Of a stretch of DNA of 64,000 bases, positions 11,212-20,999 are shown piece after piece (position 1 is the stretch's first letter; each line of letters starts with the position of its first letter). The translations under genes and the position numbers were made by a program. The stretch spans positions 480,001 through 544,000 of the forward strand of contig CM000435.1 in assembly GCA_000165345.1 (NCBI GenBank). Direction: 5' to 3'. The notes under the pieces were generated by a model. It ran no database searches. It saw nothing but the letters and a program-made list of their open reading frames with translations, and was not told where the DNA came from.

Positions 11212-12951
11212 TTAATTTACATTGTTTGCTGCACTGCTCGAAGATTGCGAATGTCCATCACTTATATGAGCAGCGTTATCTCTTGATTCTGCAGATGTAT
11301 GTCTTTGGACAGAACTTCTTTTGCCTCTGTCAGTCCCAGAAGCATCTGAAAATCCTTCAGAATGATAGCTTCCTTCAGAGAGACGACTTCTCCTTCTTAG
11401 TTCTCTTTGCCTAATTCCTCTTCTTATATATCTATCATTCATCTTTAGGGATCTAGCAATAGGAGAAAACCCAACAACAAGACCCAACAGTAGGCCTAAT
11501 ATCAGGCCTATAACCCACGATATGGTTCCAGAGTGAGCCATTAATCCAATTGATGCCCCAGTTCCTAATCCACCAATACCTCCCAAAGCTGCTCCAAGTC
11601 TTCCAACAAGCAATACTGACATGAAGAGATTAGTTAGAGACCCACCGAGTGAAAGAGCCCCAGCAAAGCAAGACGAAACTAGTCCTCCAACAAGCATACC
11701 AACAAATATTCCAAGACCTCCGCTACCTGCCAGCCAGTATCCACCTCCTTTCCAAAAATGTGAAGACTTAAGGCCAAGAGAGAACAGGGCAGATTGCCAG
11801 TATATAGCCAAGAAGGCCATCACCATATATGCCGCGAAAGATATTATTGATCCACTCCAAACTGGCCAACAACAACATTTGCTGAAACAGAATCCACATT
11901 TTATTTCCTCATCTGTTAAAGGAGCATTGCCCAAAGAGCTAGATACATTTGAAGCTACTGTAGATGAAGGCAAAGTTTGAGTATTCGCTGTGGTTCCACT
12001 GGAGCTTGATCCTGATTTCAAAATTGGAACGTTTTTGGTCATGAGCTTAAACCCTCCACTAGATTTCAAACATATTTTAGTATCACTATTTGCTTGAATA
12101 AAGGCTAAAGAATATTTTGAAGACTTTGTTGTATGCATATTTGGAACACTAATTGCTGAACATTCTGACTTCTCATCCTTAAGACTTAGCGACCCAGAGA
12201 TTCCGGAAGAGTCAATTGTTATCTTCTCTGCGTTTTTCAATCTTGAAAAGTTACTTGAAATGATTGACCTTTTATTAGAGGTTGAGGTTGAATCTTCCTC
12301 TTCTTTGATGTGTTTTTCATCAGTATTTTCTCCTGTTTCCTTATTTTCTTCATTACTTTCACTCTTTTCCTCTTTATTTTCATTCTTTTTTTCTTTATCT
12401 TCATTTTTTACCTCTTCTTTCTTATCTTCACTTTCTTTATCTTCACTTTTTTTATCCTTTTCATCCTTTTCTTTCTTTTCATCCTTTTCTTTCTTTTCAT
12501 CCTTTTCTTTCTTTTCTTCTTTTTCTTTCTTTTCTTCCTTCCCTTCATCACCACCTTCTTCGCTCTTTGAATCTTTAACTGGGCATTTTTTCAGAATTTC
12601 TGAACATCCTGACTCGCATACAGACAAGACCATAATTTCATTTGACAATGTTCCAATGTCTGATGACTCCTCGTTACATGCTAAAGTGCAAAATAGATTC
12701 TTTAAAAATGAAGAACATTCCGTATTTGCGCCTCCATTTAATTCTGAATATTCTTCTGCCATGGAAAGCAACTTATCAGAACAACAGGCACATGGATTGT
12801 TAGAACAATCCTCTGTACTTGATAGCAATGGGTTTTCTGTTTCTACCTTTGCTTCTGAAGCTATCGGAACTCCATTTGTGAACTTATAAGCGCATACTTC
12901 CAATAAAAGTAAAAATAATAATTTGATTGATAAACTTTTTAATGCATACAT
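11212..12951 (-). CDS. Mucin-like membrane glycoprotein with Lys/Glu repeats and a C-terminal Gly-zipper transmembrane bundle (579 aa)
   Basis: Signal peptide MYALKSLSIKLLFLLLLEVCA, then a Cys-rich module, a (KEKDEK)n acidic repeat and a Ser/Thr-rich tract. A second Cys cluster (CGFCFSKCCCW) precedes 4-5 Gly-rich TM helices and a basic/Ser-rich tail. Confidence 0.7.
   Translation of the reverse strand: MYALKSLSIKLLFLLLLEVCAYKFTNGVPIASEAKVETENPLLSSTEDCSNNPCACCSDKLLSMAEEYSELNGGANTECSSFLKNLFCTLACNEESSDIGTLSNEIMVLSVCESGCSEILKKCPVKDSKSEEGGDEGKEEKKEKEEKKEKDEKKEKDEKKEKDEKDKKSEDKESEDKKEEVKNEDKEKKNENKEEKSESNEENKETGENTDEKHIKEEEDSTSTSNKRSIISSNFSRLKNAEKITIDSSGISGSLSLKDEKSECSAISVPNMHTTKSSKYSLAFIQANSDTKICLKSSGGFKLMTKNVPILKSGSSSSGTTANTQTLPSSTVASNVSSSLGNAPLTDEEIKCGFCFSKCCCWPVWSGSIISFAAYMVMAFLAIYWQSALFSLGLKSSHFWKGGGYWLAGSGGLGIFVGMLVGGLVSSCFAGALSLGGSLTNLFMSVLLVGRLGAALGGIGGLGTGASIGLMAHSGTISWVIGLILGLLLGLVVGFSPIARSLKMNDRYIRRGIRQRELRRRSRLSEGSYHSEGFSDASGTDRGKRSSVQRHTSAESRDNAAHISDGHSQSSSSAANNVN
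12340..12560. repeat. Degenerate coding tandem repeat; three perfect 18-nt units (catccttttctttctttt) at 12462-12515
   Basis: Direct repeat visible in the sequence. It encodes the KEKDEK-type repeat of the mucin-like gene on the minus strand. Confidence 0.8.
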
Positions 12952-13415
12952 TTATTTTCAGATTGCATCTATACTACTTCTTAGTTAGGTCCAGTTTAAT
13001 ACTGGGTAATTCTTATAATGAATTACTTTTGAAATTGTACAGCATACAGAACTTAAGCTCCAGTAGTCTTTTACCGTAACTTAGCCGGAAACTTGTACTT
13101 AAAAAAATCCGTTCTCTGATTACTCAAACAAAAACACTCCTTTATATTAATATTTTTTTCCGCCTCGATATTCAATTTCCCAAAGAAGACATGTAATACA
13201 CATACGCATGCCTAAGTGCTAGCAATTTTATTAAATTTACATATATAAATTTATATATATGTATATATATTTAAAACTCTCAGTATTTTATACTTATTTA
13301 ACATTCAAGTTTAAAGCTTAGTTTTAAGTTCATATAATCTCTTAGATGGATTTTTCTGCAATATATAATATTTTTTAACCAAACTCTCATCTTACAAATA
13401 AATAAAAACTTCGAA

Positions 13416-13424
13416 TTTCCCGCC
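13416..13424. promoter_or_regulatory. E2F-type site TTTCCCGCC upstream of the mucin-like gene
   Basis: Classic TTTSSCGC E2F core in the 700-bp AT-rich intergenic region. A second TTTTTCCGCC-like site lies near 13155 and a GCATGCA motif at 13440-13446. Confidence 0.3.
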
Positions 13425-13646
13425 TCCTTTTATAGATTTGCATGCACCTAGAAGTACTAATTAAAGAAAACTACTTATTTGTCAAAACGAGAGATAAGTG
13501 GAAAGTAATTCTAGGATTAGAACTTAAGTAGTTTTGTTTGATCGACTATAGTAGGTTTTAAAACTAGACTTTGAATCAAATTATTTTACAATTTTGGATA
13601 CTTTGCGTGTGCAACAATACTAATTCATTAATATATTAGCTAAGCT

Positions 13647-15119
13647 TTAGTTTAAGGACATCAAAATATCTAGTAAGTGCTGATCTACTGCGGTTTTGTT
13701 AATGATTGATTCACATATACTGATTGCTGTAGCTTCGTCAAACAATTTTGCTAGGTACAACAATAGGTGAAAGTCGTTGAGGAGATTGCAGGAAGTCAAA
13801 GGTACTGATGTTAGCCTGGATTTAATAAATTCTGAGACATCGCTTGGTTTCTGAGGAACAATTCTATTTTCTCTGGGAAACTGTGATGAGGAAAAGAAAG
13901 GTTTTGGTTGGATAGGGGCGGACTCATTAATGCGCACTATTAGCCAGTGGGCATCAAACTTGCGGGTAGATACACCCTTTTCTAGGATTTGTGGTAGAAT
14001 CTCACCCTTATCCTCTTCTCTAATAACAATATGAGTGTCGTCCTTTAATCCTTTCTCATCAATTATTTTGTCTCTGAGAAGAGCTAATCCAAGGTCAGAA
14101 ACTGCAAACGCATTTGGTATGGGGTCTCCTCCTTGGATAGACTTACAAGGAGCAATTGTACAGCAAATAAAGCTGCTAACAGGATAGCCAGTGTAATGAG
14201 GTGTTTTTAGTGCTTCTAACTGAAGCTTTCCAAGAGTAACAATCTCATTAGAAGTTAGTACTTCGTCTCTCTCATTATGTGTGAAAACCAATCCTAAACA
14301 TTCGAGACCAAGAGATTGAGCAACTCTATCGACTGTAGATTTAAAACTATCATTTTCGAGAATAAGCTTTCCTGGTTCAGCTTTCTCATCTTGTGGAGGT
14401 TCGTAAATTGCTTCCATTACAGCTCGAATACCCATCGGATATGTACTATCTTCTCGATAGTATCCATACATCCAACCGACTCTTTGTTTCATCATACCTA
14501 ATTTTGACCTCCAATAGTCAACAAATTGCATTGCTTCAGACAAATTCATCATCTCAAGGTGGTCAACGTGTCGATAAGCTTGGTGCCTTAGTGTAACTGA
14601 AGGGGGTATTTTGTTCATTACTCCTTTTGAAATAAAGAAAGATTTGTAGGATTGCTTAAGTGGTAGGTCATCAGTGACAAAATTTCTTTCGCTTAAAAAT
14701 GAATCAAATGATTTAAAATGTGGCCCTTCACTTTTTTCCACGCTATTATTCATATCCTTAGAATCAGCAGAAGAAGAAGATGGATAGTTTGAATTTGAGG
14801 GCTTCTTTTCAAGTGGAGGAAGGTCACTTGTTGTCATATGTTTTGGCCTTTGGATGCTTTGCGTAGCAATCTGTGGAGTTGCATCAGTAATCAAATAAAC
14901 TATCGAGCCATTAAAAAGACCATGTTGAAGCACACTAAGTGAGTCTCCCTTCAGTAGTGTGTTCCCATGTGAGTCTAAACTTAGAAGTTGTTGTTCTTCA
15001 GGAACCTTAAGCGACTGAGCTATCTTTGACTTTAACATTGAAAGGTTACATGTTGAAGGAATTGTCACTCTTGATCTTCCAGAGGAAGAGAAAACCCGGA
15101 TAATCCATTCTTCGTGCAT
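13647..15119 (-). CDS. NPL4: NPL4 homolog, a Cdc48/p97 cofactor (490 aa)
   Basis: N-terminal ubiquitin-like domain. The MPN/NPL4 core matches human NPLOC4 closely: YRHVDHLEMMN, FVDYWR, VGWMYGYY and GIRAVMEAIYEPPQ (human YRHVDNIMFEN, FLDFWR, FGYLYGRY, GIRAEVAAIYEPPQ). FHLLLYLA is also conserved. Confidence 0.85.
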   Translation of the reverse strand: MHEEWIIRVFSSSGRSRVTIPSTCNLSMLKSKIAQSLKVPEEQQLLSLDSHGNTLLKGDSLSVLQHGLFNGSIVYLITDATPQIATQSIQRPKHMTTSDLPPLEKKPSNSNYPSSSSADSKDMNNSVEKSEGPHFKSFDSFLSERNFVTDDLPLKQSYKSFFISKGVMNKIPPSVTLRHQAYRHVDHLEMMNLSEAMQFVDYWRSKLGMMKQRVGWMYGYYREDSTYPMGIRAVMEAIYEPPQDEKAEPGKLILENDSFKSTVDRVAQSLGLECLGLVFTHNERDEVLTSNEIVTLGKLQLEALKTPHYTGYPVSSFICCTIAPCKSIQGGDPIPNAFAVSDLGLALLRDKIIDEKGLKDDTHIVIREEDKGEILPQILEKGVSTRKFDAHWLIVRINESAPIQPKPFFSSSQFPRENRIVPQKPSDVSEFIKSRLTSVPLTSCNLLNDFHLLLYLAKLFDEATAISICESIINKTAVDQHLLDILMSLN

Positions 15120-15395
15120 TATTTAGGCTTAATTTAGGTTCCTGAATTTTCTTTGTAAGGAAAACTTTTAGTATTTGGGTTTTGGGTCTTAGCCTTTGAA
15201 ACTTTTTAGTTTAACTTATACCTCAAGTTTTTTTATTACTCCAAAAAAAAAGAGAAATATTAAGTAATTTTTTCTCAGGGAATTCCTTTCAAACCAAATT
15301 AAGAGGATAATCTATTTCTCAAATTTTTTGGGAATATTTTTACCCTTTAGGTGCAGAAAAGAAAACTTTATACCGTTATTATGCGCACCCCCCCA

Positions 15396-15403
15396 CCACG
15401 TGG
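15396..15403. promoter_or_regulatory. CCACGTGG palindrome (CACGTG core) inside the GC-rich element CCCCACCACGTGGGG
   Basis: The only strongly GC-rich block in the NPL4 / gamma-tubulin divergent intergenic region. Confidence 0.25.
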
Positions 15404-15620
15404 GGACTGAGGCTCGACAAGTTTTTAATACAAAAGTCGCTAAAAAAGTGAAATTCAATAGTTAATAGCAACATCGAATTAATTTCAATTTGGTTACAAA
15501 GATACAGCAGTTTTACATCTTAATAGCAGGATCCGAAAGACTCAGCCGAATTTTTAGCCAAATTTGTGCTTATTTGGTACAGAAGATATTTAATTAACTA
15601 AGTATAAACTTTAATTAAAG

Positions 15621-17093
15621 ATGCCCAGAGAATTAGTTACATTACAGATTGGGCAATGTGGGAATCAAATAGGCATGGAATTTTGGAAGCAGCTATGTAC
15701 TGAACATGGCCTGGATGCCAATGGAACAGTAATCAAAGACAGTGGCCCACTTGAAGATAGGAAAGATGTGTTTTTCTATCTTTCAGATGACAGCCATTAT
15801 GTTCCTCGAGCCTTACTATTTGATTTGGAGCCTAGAGTTCTAAATAGTATAAAATCAAGCGAATTCAAACACCTTTACAACCCAGAGAACTTCTTTATTG
15901 GAAAGGAGGGCGGCGGAGCTGGAAATAACTGGGGTTGTGGTTACGATACAGGGGAGGAGGTTTATGATGAAATACTGGATATGATTGATCGAGAAGTGGA
16001 AGGCTGCGAAAGTATGGAGGGGTTTGTTCTTTGCCACTCAATTGCAGGAGGTACCGGTAGTGGGATGGGGTCTTATATTTTAGAACTGTTAAATGAACAT
16101 TATCCAAGAAAACTAATTAAAACATTCTCAGTTTTTCCAATGCTTAATAATGAGAGCTCTGATGTAGTGGTTCAGCCATATAACTCTGTGTTAACTCTGA
16201 AGAGATTAGCTTTAAACGCGGATTGCGTTGTAGTTCTTGATAATACTGCCTTGAGTGGAATAGCTGAAGATAGATTGAATTTGACGAATCCAACATTTGC
16301 CCAAACTAATGCTTTAGTCAGTACAGTAATGGCTGCTTCGACTACAACACTTAGATATCCGGGATACATGCACAATAATTTGGTTTCATTATTCTCCACC
16401 TTAGTTCCAACTCCAAGATGCCATTTTCTCGTGACATCATACACTCCAATTACAATTAGTCAAAATATACAACAAAATGTTAGGAAAACAACAACTTTGG
16501 ATGTAATGAGACGACTTTTACAACCAAGTAATATTATGGTTAGCACAAATATGAGGAAGGGGACGTATATATCAATATTGAACATTATTAGAGGTGAGAC
16601 TGATCCAATGGAAGTACACAAAAGTTTGCAGAGAATCAGGGACAGGAATATGGTAAGATTTATTCAGTGGGGCCCTGCAGCAATTCAAGTAGCTCTTTCA
16701 AAGTATAACCCATATTCTACTCAACACAAGGTGAATGGTTTAATGATGGCCAATAATACGGCTATAGCCGGCTTATTCCAGAGATGCGTAGCTCAGTTTG
16801 ATAGATTAATGAAAAGAGGAGCCTTCCTTGACAACTATAAGAAACAATCAGTATTCCAAGATGGACTTGACGAGTTTGAAAATGCAAGAGAGGTATCAGA
16901 GATGTTAATTGAAGAATATAAGAGAGCAGAGAGAAACGACTATATGCTTGCAGGTTATAATACAGATTCTGGTTCAAAGAACTTACAACTTGATGGTTTA
17001 TCTAGACAAGAACCTCCTTTAAATGAATACTCTGATGACTTGTATAATTATTACTCCAAGGAGAACAACCCAAATTATAACACTTATTGCTAA
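15621..17093 (+). CDS. TUBG: Gamma-tubulin (490 aa)
   Basis: [31 protein letters not shown]-terminus and tubulin GTP-binding motifs (GGTGSG) throughout. Confidence 0.97.
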   Translation: MPRELVTLQIGQCGNQIGMEFWKQLCTEHGLDANGTVIKDSGPLEDRKDVFFYLSDDSHYVPRALLFDLEPRVLNSIKSSEFKHLYNPENFFIGKEGGGAGNNWGCGYDTGEEVYDEILDMIDREVEGCESMEGFVLCHSIAGGTGSGMGSYILELLNEHYPRKLIKTFSVFPMLNNESSDVVVQPYNSVLTLKRLALNADCVVVLDNTALSGIAEDRLNLTNPTFAQTNALVSTVMAASTTTLRYPGYMHNNLVSLFSTLVPTPRCHFLVTSYTPITISQNIQQNVRKTTTLDVMRRLLQPSNIMVSTNMRKGTYISILNIIRGETDPMEVHKSLQRIRDRNMVRFIQWGPAAIQVALSKYNPYSTQHKVNGLMMANNTAIAGLFQRCVAQFDRLMKRGAFLDNYKKQSVFQDGLDEFENAREVSEMLIEEYKRAERNDYMLAGYNTDSGSKNLQLDGLSRQEPPLNEYSDDLYNYYSKENNPNYNTYC

Positions 17094-17124
17094 ACAAAAT
17101 AAATAATTCAAATAGACTATAAAA

Positions 17125-17764
17125 TTAATTAGCACTAGTTTCGACTACCTTCCGCGTACTTCTCCTTTCTTTTCTTAGTTTTCTCTTTTCGGACCTCCTC
17201 ATGCATTTTGGGTATTCAATTTTAGGATTTACTACCAATGTCTTTATACTTGGGGGCAGAATTTGGATTTGAGGTGAGCTTATGCCATCCGCTTCTAAGT
17301 ATGGTATTTCAAACTTACTTTGATTGGATTTAATCAGCTGCACCAAACCAGACCTAACAGTTTCGTATGAATACTCGGGTTCTTTTGAACCAAGACTTTT
17401 TAGTCTCTCAGGTTCAATTTTCTCTCTTAATCCTACGCACGACATAGACAAACTTGATCCAGGAAGCCATTTAGCCATTTCATCATTATTAGCCAAGATG
17501 ACACATGGAACATTATTAATCTTGCATGCTGTCAAAATATGGTTCCCAATTCCGAGTGAAAAAAGCTTTTGAGTGAATATGACTCCAGCAATACTAACAA
17601 TATTTCGCAAAACTTCGTTGCACCCAATGAAAAAGAGCCCTCTAGACCATTTTATGTCTTTATTTCTAATATTTCTAACAACACTATTAGAAATGAGTTT
17701 GGATTTCACCAATTAAGTGAATAAACTTACCTGTTAAATTTATTATAAAATAATTCATGGGCAT
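17125..17764 (-). CDS. L7Ae/L30e-family RNA-binding protein, 2 exons (17764-17731, 17657-17125), about 188 aa; possibly an RNase P/MRP Pop3/Rpp38-like subunit
   Basis: GCNEVLRNI (L7Ae GxNExxK motif) and VPCVILANND (L30e-like) are followed by a basic tail. The track ORF starts with TTG. A 34-nt 5' exon with ATG at 17764, a 73-nt intron (GTAAGT..AAAG) and the only in-frame acceptor restore an ATG start. Confidence 0.45.
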
Positions 17765-18202
17765 CCTGAGTTAGTACTTGCCTAAAAATTAAAAGCGTTC
17801 GTCATTTTTCCCTTAAAAAACGCAGAATTGTAGGCTGAGACAAACTTACCACTTTGTTTTAGTATTTGTAAGTAAACTATGTCTCGTTCTTACAGAATTT
17901 TTTCCTCGGTCACTTCCTTTGCTGCTCGCATTCATTTGACCAAATCTCTCTTGCATAACCCGCCCATGCATCGAGCGCCGTACTTGTGGCGGTATCTGTG
18001 TACAAATTTGTGGGCTGCAGGATCAGGAAATAAGTAACTTTTTAATAAGAAAAAAACTCAGAAAGTGCACTATAACAGTATTTGGAAAAAAGAGGGCTGG
18101 GAGTTGTTCAGCGTACATAGGAGAAGGTTTGAGATCAGCTTTGTATCTGAAAGGGCCTTCTTGGATAGGTTGCATTTGCTGAATTAATCTAAGCCTTGTA
18201 AG

Positions 18203-20755
18203 ATGAAAGGAAAATATAAGACATTTTTTAGTTTCAATGTTGATATTTTAAAAGATAATAAAACAAACCCATATGGTCCCTTTTCGAGAAACGATGAGTT
18301 ATCATTTGAGGAAATAGGGTACCTTAGATATCAATTAGACTATAATGAGTTTTTCAATACTAAGGTCGACGATAAGGAAAATCTAAGTAAGGTTTGCCAA
18401 AAGAGAAACTCTTGCAGTTCAACAAATAAAGATTCCTGGGTTAAAAAGGACCTTGATTCCAAGCGGATTTCTATATTAGAGCCTGTTACCAGTGAAAAAG
18501 TTGAATTAAATAAAGTTAGCGAGGTAATTGAATCGTTAAGCTTAAATTATATACAAAAAGATCAAGCTGTAATTTCTCCAATAGATTCGCAAGACAGTAA
18601 CTATGCTGCATTTAAATTGGGTAGCTGTGGTAATTTTGACAAAAGTGAGGAAGGGGCTTCTTTTCGCTCCGAAGATAATTACTATTTGGTCTCATTATTT
18701 GGTGTTCATAAATATAACTCAGAGAAAAATTTAACTTTTGAAAAATCCCTTTTTTCTATGGGATTGATTTCAACCATGAATCCTTATCACATAAGATCTC
18801 GCTCATTTAGGGAGTCAATCATGCTAAATCACATCAATGAAAGGTACAATAATTATTCAAAGCTCCAACTATGTGCTGTCCCATATATGCTTTACCAAAT
18901 CAATTTGGCTTCTGTAACTAACAAGGATGATGCTCCAAGGTTGAACCAAAGCTCGTTTAAAACTGGTTATTCTTTTACCTTGGAAATCAACCAAAGTTAT
19001 AAGCGGACCTTTATGCTTAAAAAATTAATTGGGTCAGGAGCAAATGCGAGTGTATTTTCTTCTGATGTTTGCACAATAGTGAACGAAAACCTGGTTAGCG
19101 TATTTTCATGCGCTGTTAAAGTTCAGCATAAAGACCTTGGGCTCAATGTTAGGGAAATTTATGGTGGGCTATCTCTTTATAAGAGAAATAAAAAACGCAT
19201 AACAGGTATTATTAAGAGGGCTTCTATAGAAATTGAGAAACCTTTGATTCTGAATGAGTACCAAACAAATAGTTTTAATGAAGATATTAAAAAAAGGTCG
19301 CCGCTAGTTCAAAAAACAGCCAGAAGCTCAATAAGTACAACTTATTTACCCGGAAGTAATATACCCTCTAGTAGGAATTCGTTAAACTCGTGTTTTGCCC
19401 CTATGGATACTGCAAATGAGAATCAATCGAATGAAAATATGGCATTTAGGACTTCAGTGAGTAGCCTTGCACATACTCCAAACATAAGCTTTTATGCAAG
19501 TTCAGGAAACACTCCAATAAATAATTTTAGAAAGAGCTCAGTATCTTCTGTAAAGACAGCTAGTAGAATTTCTGTTTCTTCACACTGTTCTTGCAACTAC
19601 GTTGACTCCGCTTCTGACGGAAGTTCTTTAACCAATCCAATTGAAATCGGAGAGGGGGTAACCATATTTTGTATAACCGAGCTATATATAGTTTCTCAAA
19701 GCTCATCAGGGATGATCCAGAACATCTTGACTAGGGAGATGATGAAGGGCAACCGAGAGCAAGAAAATAATCAAAAGAATGCGGAATTAAATGACGAACT
19801 TAGCGCTTCTGTGGGTATCTCAATACTACCTACATTTTTTGGAGCGCAAAGCTTACAAAACATACTAAACGAGTTTTACCTAAGGAATGGAATGACTATG
19901 GAAGAGCCTATCCTGTTATTTCTCACTTATCAATTTGCTGAAACCCTCCTTGCATTTAATGAAATGAAAATATTACATGGAGATATTAAGCCTGACAACA
20001 TATTACTATATCCAAATCCTAGTTTTTGTGAGGAAGGCTGGAATAATGATACAAACCTGTTTACTTGTCACCCACTGATTCCAGAGAGCCATGAATTACC
20101 GATATTCATGTCAATAATTGACTTTGGGAGAAGTCTAGATATAGGAGAAATTTACAAAAACACCTTCTTTGAAGGAAATTGCCATGCAAAAAGCTTTCTT
20201 CCTCCTGTAATGTTAGAAAATCTCCCCTGGCTTCACCACATTGATATCTTTGGCATTGCCTCCACAATACATTGCTTAATTACTGGAAGATATATGGAGC
20301 TCACAAAGTGGAGCGATGAGACCCTCAGGTGCTTGGAATATAAACACACTAAAAATAAACAAGATGAAAATGATATTCTTAAAGTTTATAACTATAGAAT
20401 TAAGAACCAGAGTTCATGTCTTAAAAGAAATTGGAGAATAGAGTTTTGGAGCAATTTCATGACTAATTGTATCAACTTTTGCCCCATTCTCGACTCTAGA
20501 TCTATACCAAATTCTGCTGAATTCCAGGGCTCTCTCTGTCATAATAATAAAACTGGGCTAGTTTCAGAACAGACAAAAGGTCTTCATGTTTCCCAATCAA
20601 TTGACGAGATCTCGCGAAACATTACTGTTTTCTTAAGAAAGGTTCAAGCGGACATCATCTCGATTTTCCAAGAAGACCAACAACTCAAAACTACTCTTTA
20701 TAAGCAGCTCTTGAAGATTAGGAAGCAGCTCCAAAATGTCTCCACCTCAAATTAG
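18203..20755 (+). CDS. Bub1-like Ser/Thr protein kinase (850 aa); kinase domain C-terminal
   Basis: Gly loop LIGSGANASVF, AVKVQHK (Bub1-type VLKVQKP), catalytic loop ILHGDIKPDNILL (HGD as in Bub1) and IIDFGRSLDI (Bub1 LIDLGQSIDM). No TPR/Mad3-BUB1 homology region is recognisable at the N-terminus. Confidence 0.55.
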   Translation: MKGKYKTFFSFNVDILKDNKTNPYGPFSRNDELSFEEIGYLRYQLDYNEFFNTKVDDKENLSKVCQKRNSCSSTNKDSWVKKDLDSKRISILEPVTSEKVELNKVSEVIESLSLNYIQKDQAVISPIDSQDSNYAAFKLGSCGNFDKSEEGASFRSEDNYYLVSLFGVHKYNSEKNLTFEKSLFSMGLISTMNPYHIRSRSFRESIMLNHINERYNNYSKLQLCAVPYMLYQINLASVTNKDDAPRLNQSSFKTGYSFTLEINQSYKRTFMLKKLIGSGANASVFSSDVCTIVNENLVSVFSCAVKVQHKDLGLNVREIYGGLSLYKRNKKRITGIIKRASIEIEKPLILNEYQTNSFNEDIKKRSPLVQKTARSSISTTYLPGSNIPSSRNSLNSCFAPMDTANENQSNENMAFRTSVSSLAHTPNISFYASSGNTPINNFRKSSVSSVKTASRISVSSHCSCNYVDSASDGSSLTNPIEIGEGVTIFCITELYIVSQSSSGMIQNILTREMMKGNREQENNQKNAELNDELSASVGISILPTFFGAQSLQNILNEFYLRNGMTMEEPILLFLTYQFAETLLAFNEMKILHGDIKPDNILLYPNPSFCEEGWNNDTNLFTCHPLIPESHELPIFMSIIDFGRSLDIGEIYKNTFFEGNCHAKSFLPPVMLENLPWLHHIDIFGIASTIHCLITGRYMELTKWSDETLRCLEYKHTKNKQDENDILKVYNYRIKNQSSCLKRNWRIEFWSNFMTNCINFCPILDSRSIPNSAEFQGSLCHNNKTGLVSEQTKGLHVSQSIDEISRNITVFLRKVQADIISIFQEDQQLKTTLYKQLLKIRKQLQNVSTSN

Positions 20756-20999
20756 ATATTACTTTAATGCTTTTCTTGAGTCCCAATCTCATAAAAGGTT
20801 TGTTATTAATTGCCGCCATTTGCTGGCGGTAAATGCATGTATATGTGTGGGGTGGTAATAGTGCCGGGATTAATAATTAGTAATAGGCTTATAATTCTTG
20901 GTTAATATTGCTTTTTTTTTTTTTGTTATTCTTTTTGTTACTTTTCTGATTAAAAATTCAAATTTTGGTCTCCTTTCCAACTGTGACAAGGTCTAAAGG

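Noticed and set aside
12260-12889. + strand ORFs (209 aa and 86 aa, Phe/Ser/Leu-rich) antisense to the mucin-like gene
   Set aside because: Generated by the reverse complement of the KEKDEK-encoding tandem repeat; the minus-strand gene has the signal peptide and coherent architecture.
17658-17712. Alternative acceptors (AATAG at 17684, TTAG at 17666) for the L7Ae-like gene intron
   Set aside because: With the fixed CAG|GTAAGT donor (phase 1), both give immediate in-frame stops. Only the AAAG acceptor at 17658 keeps the frame.
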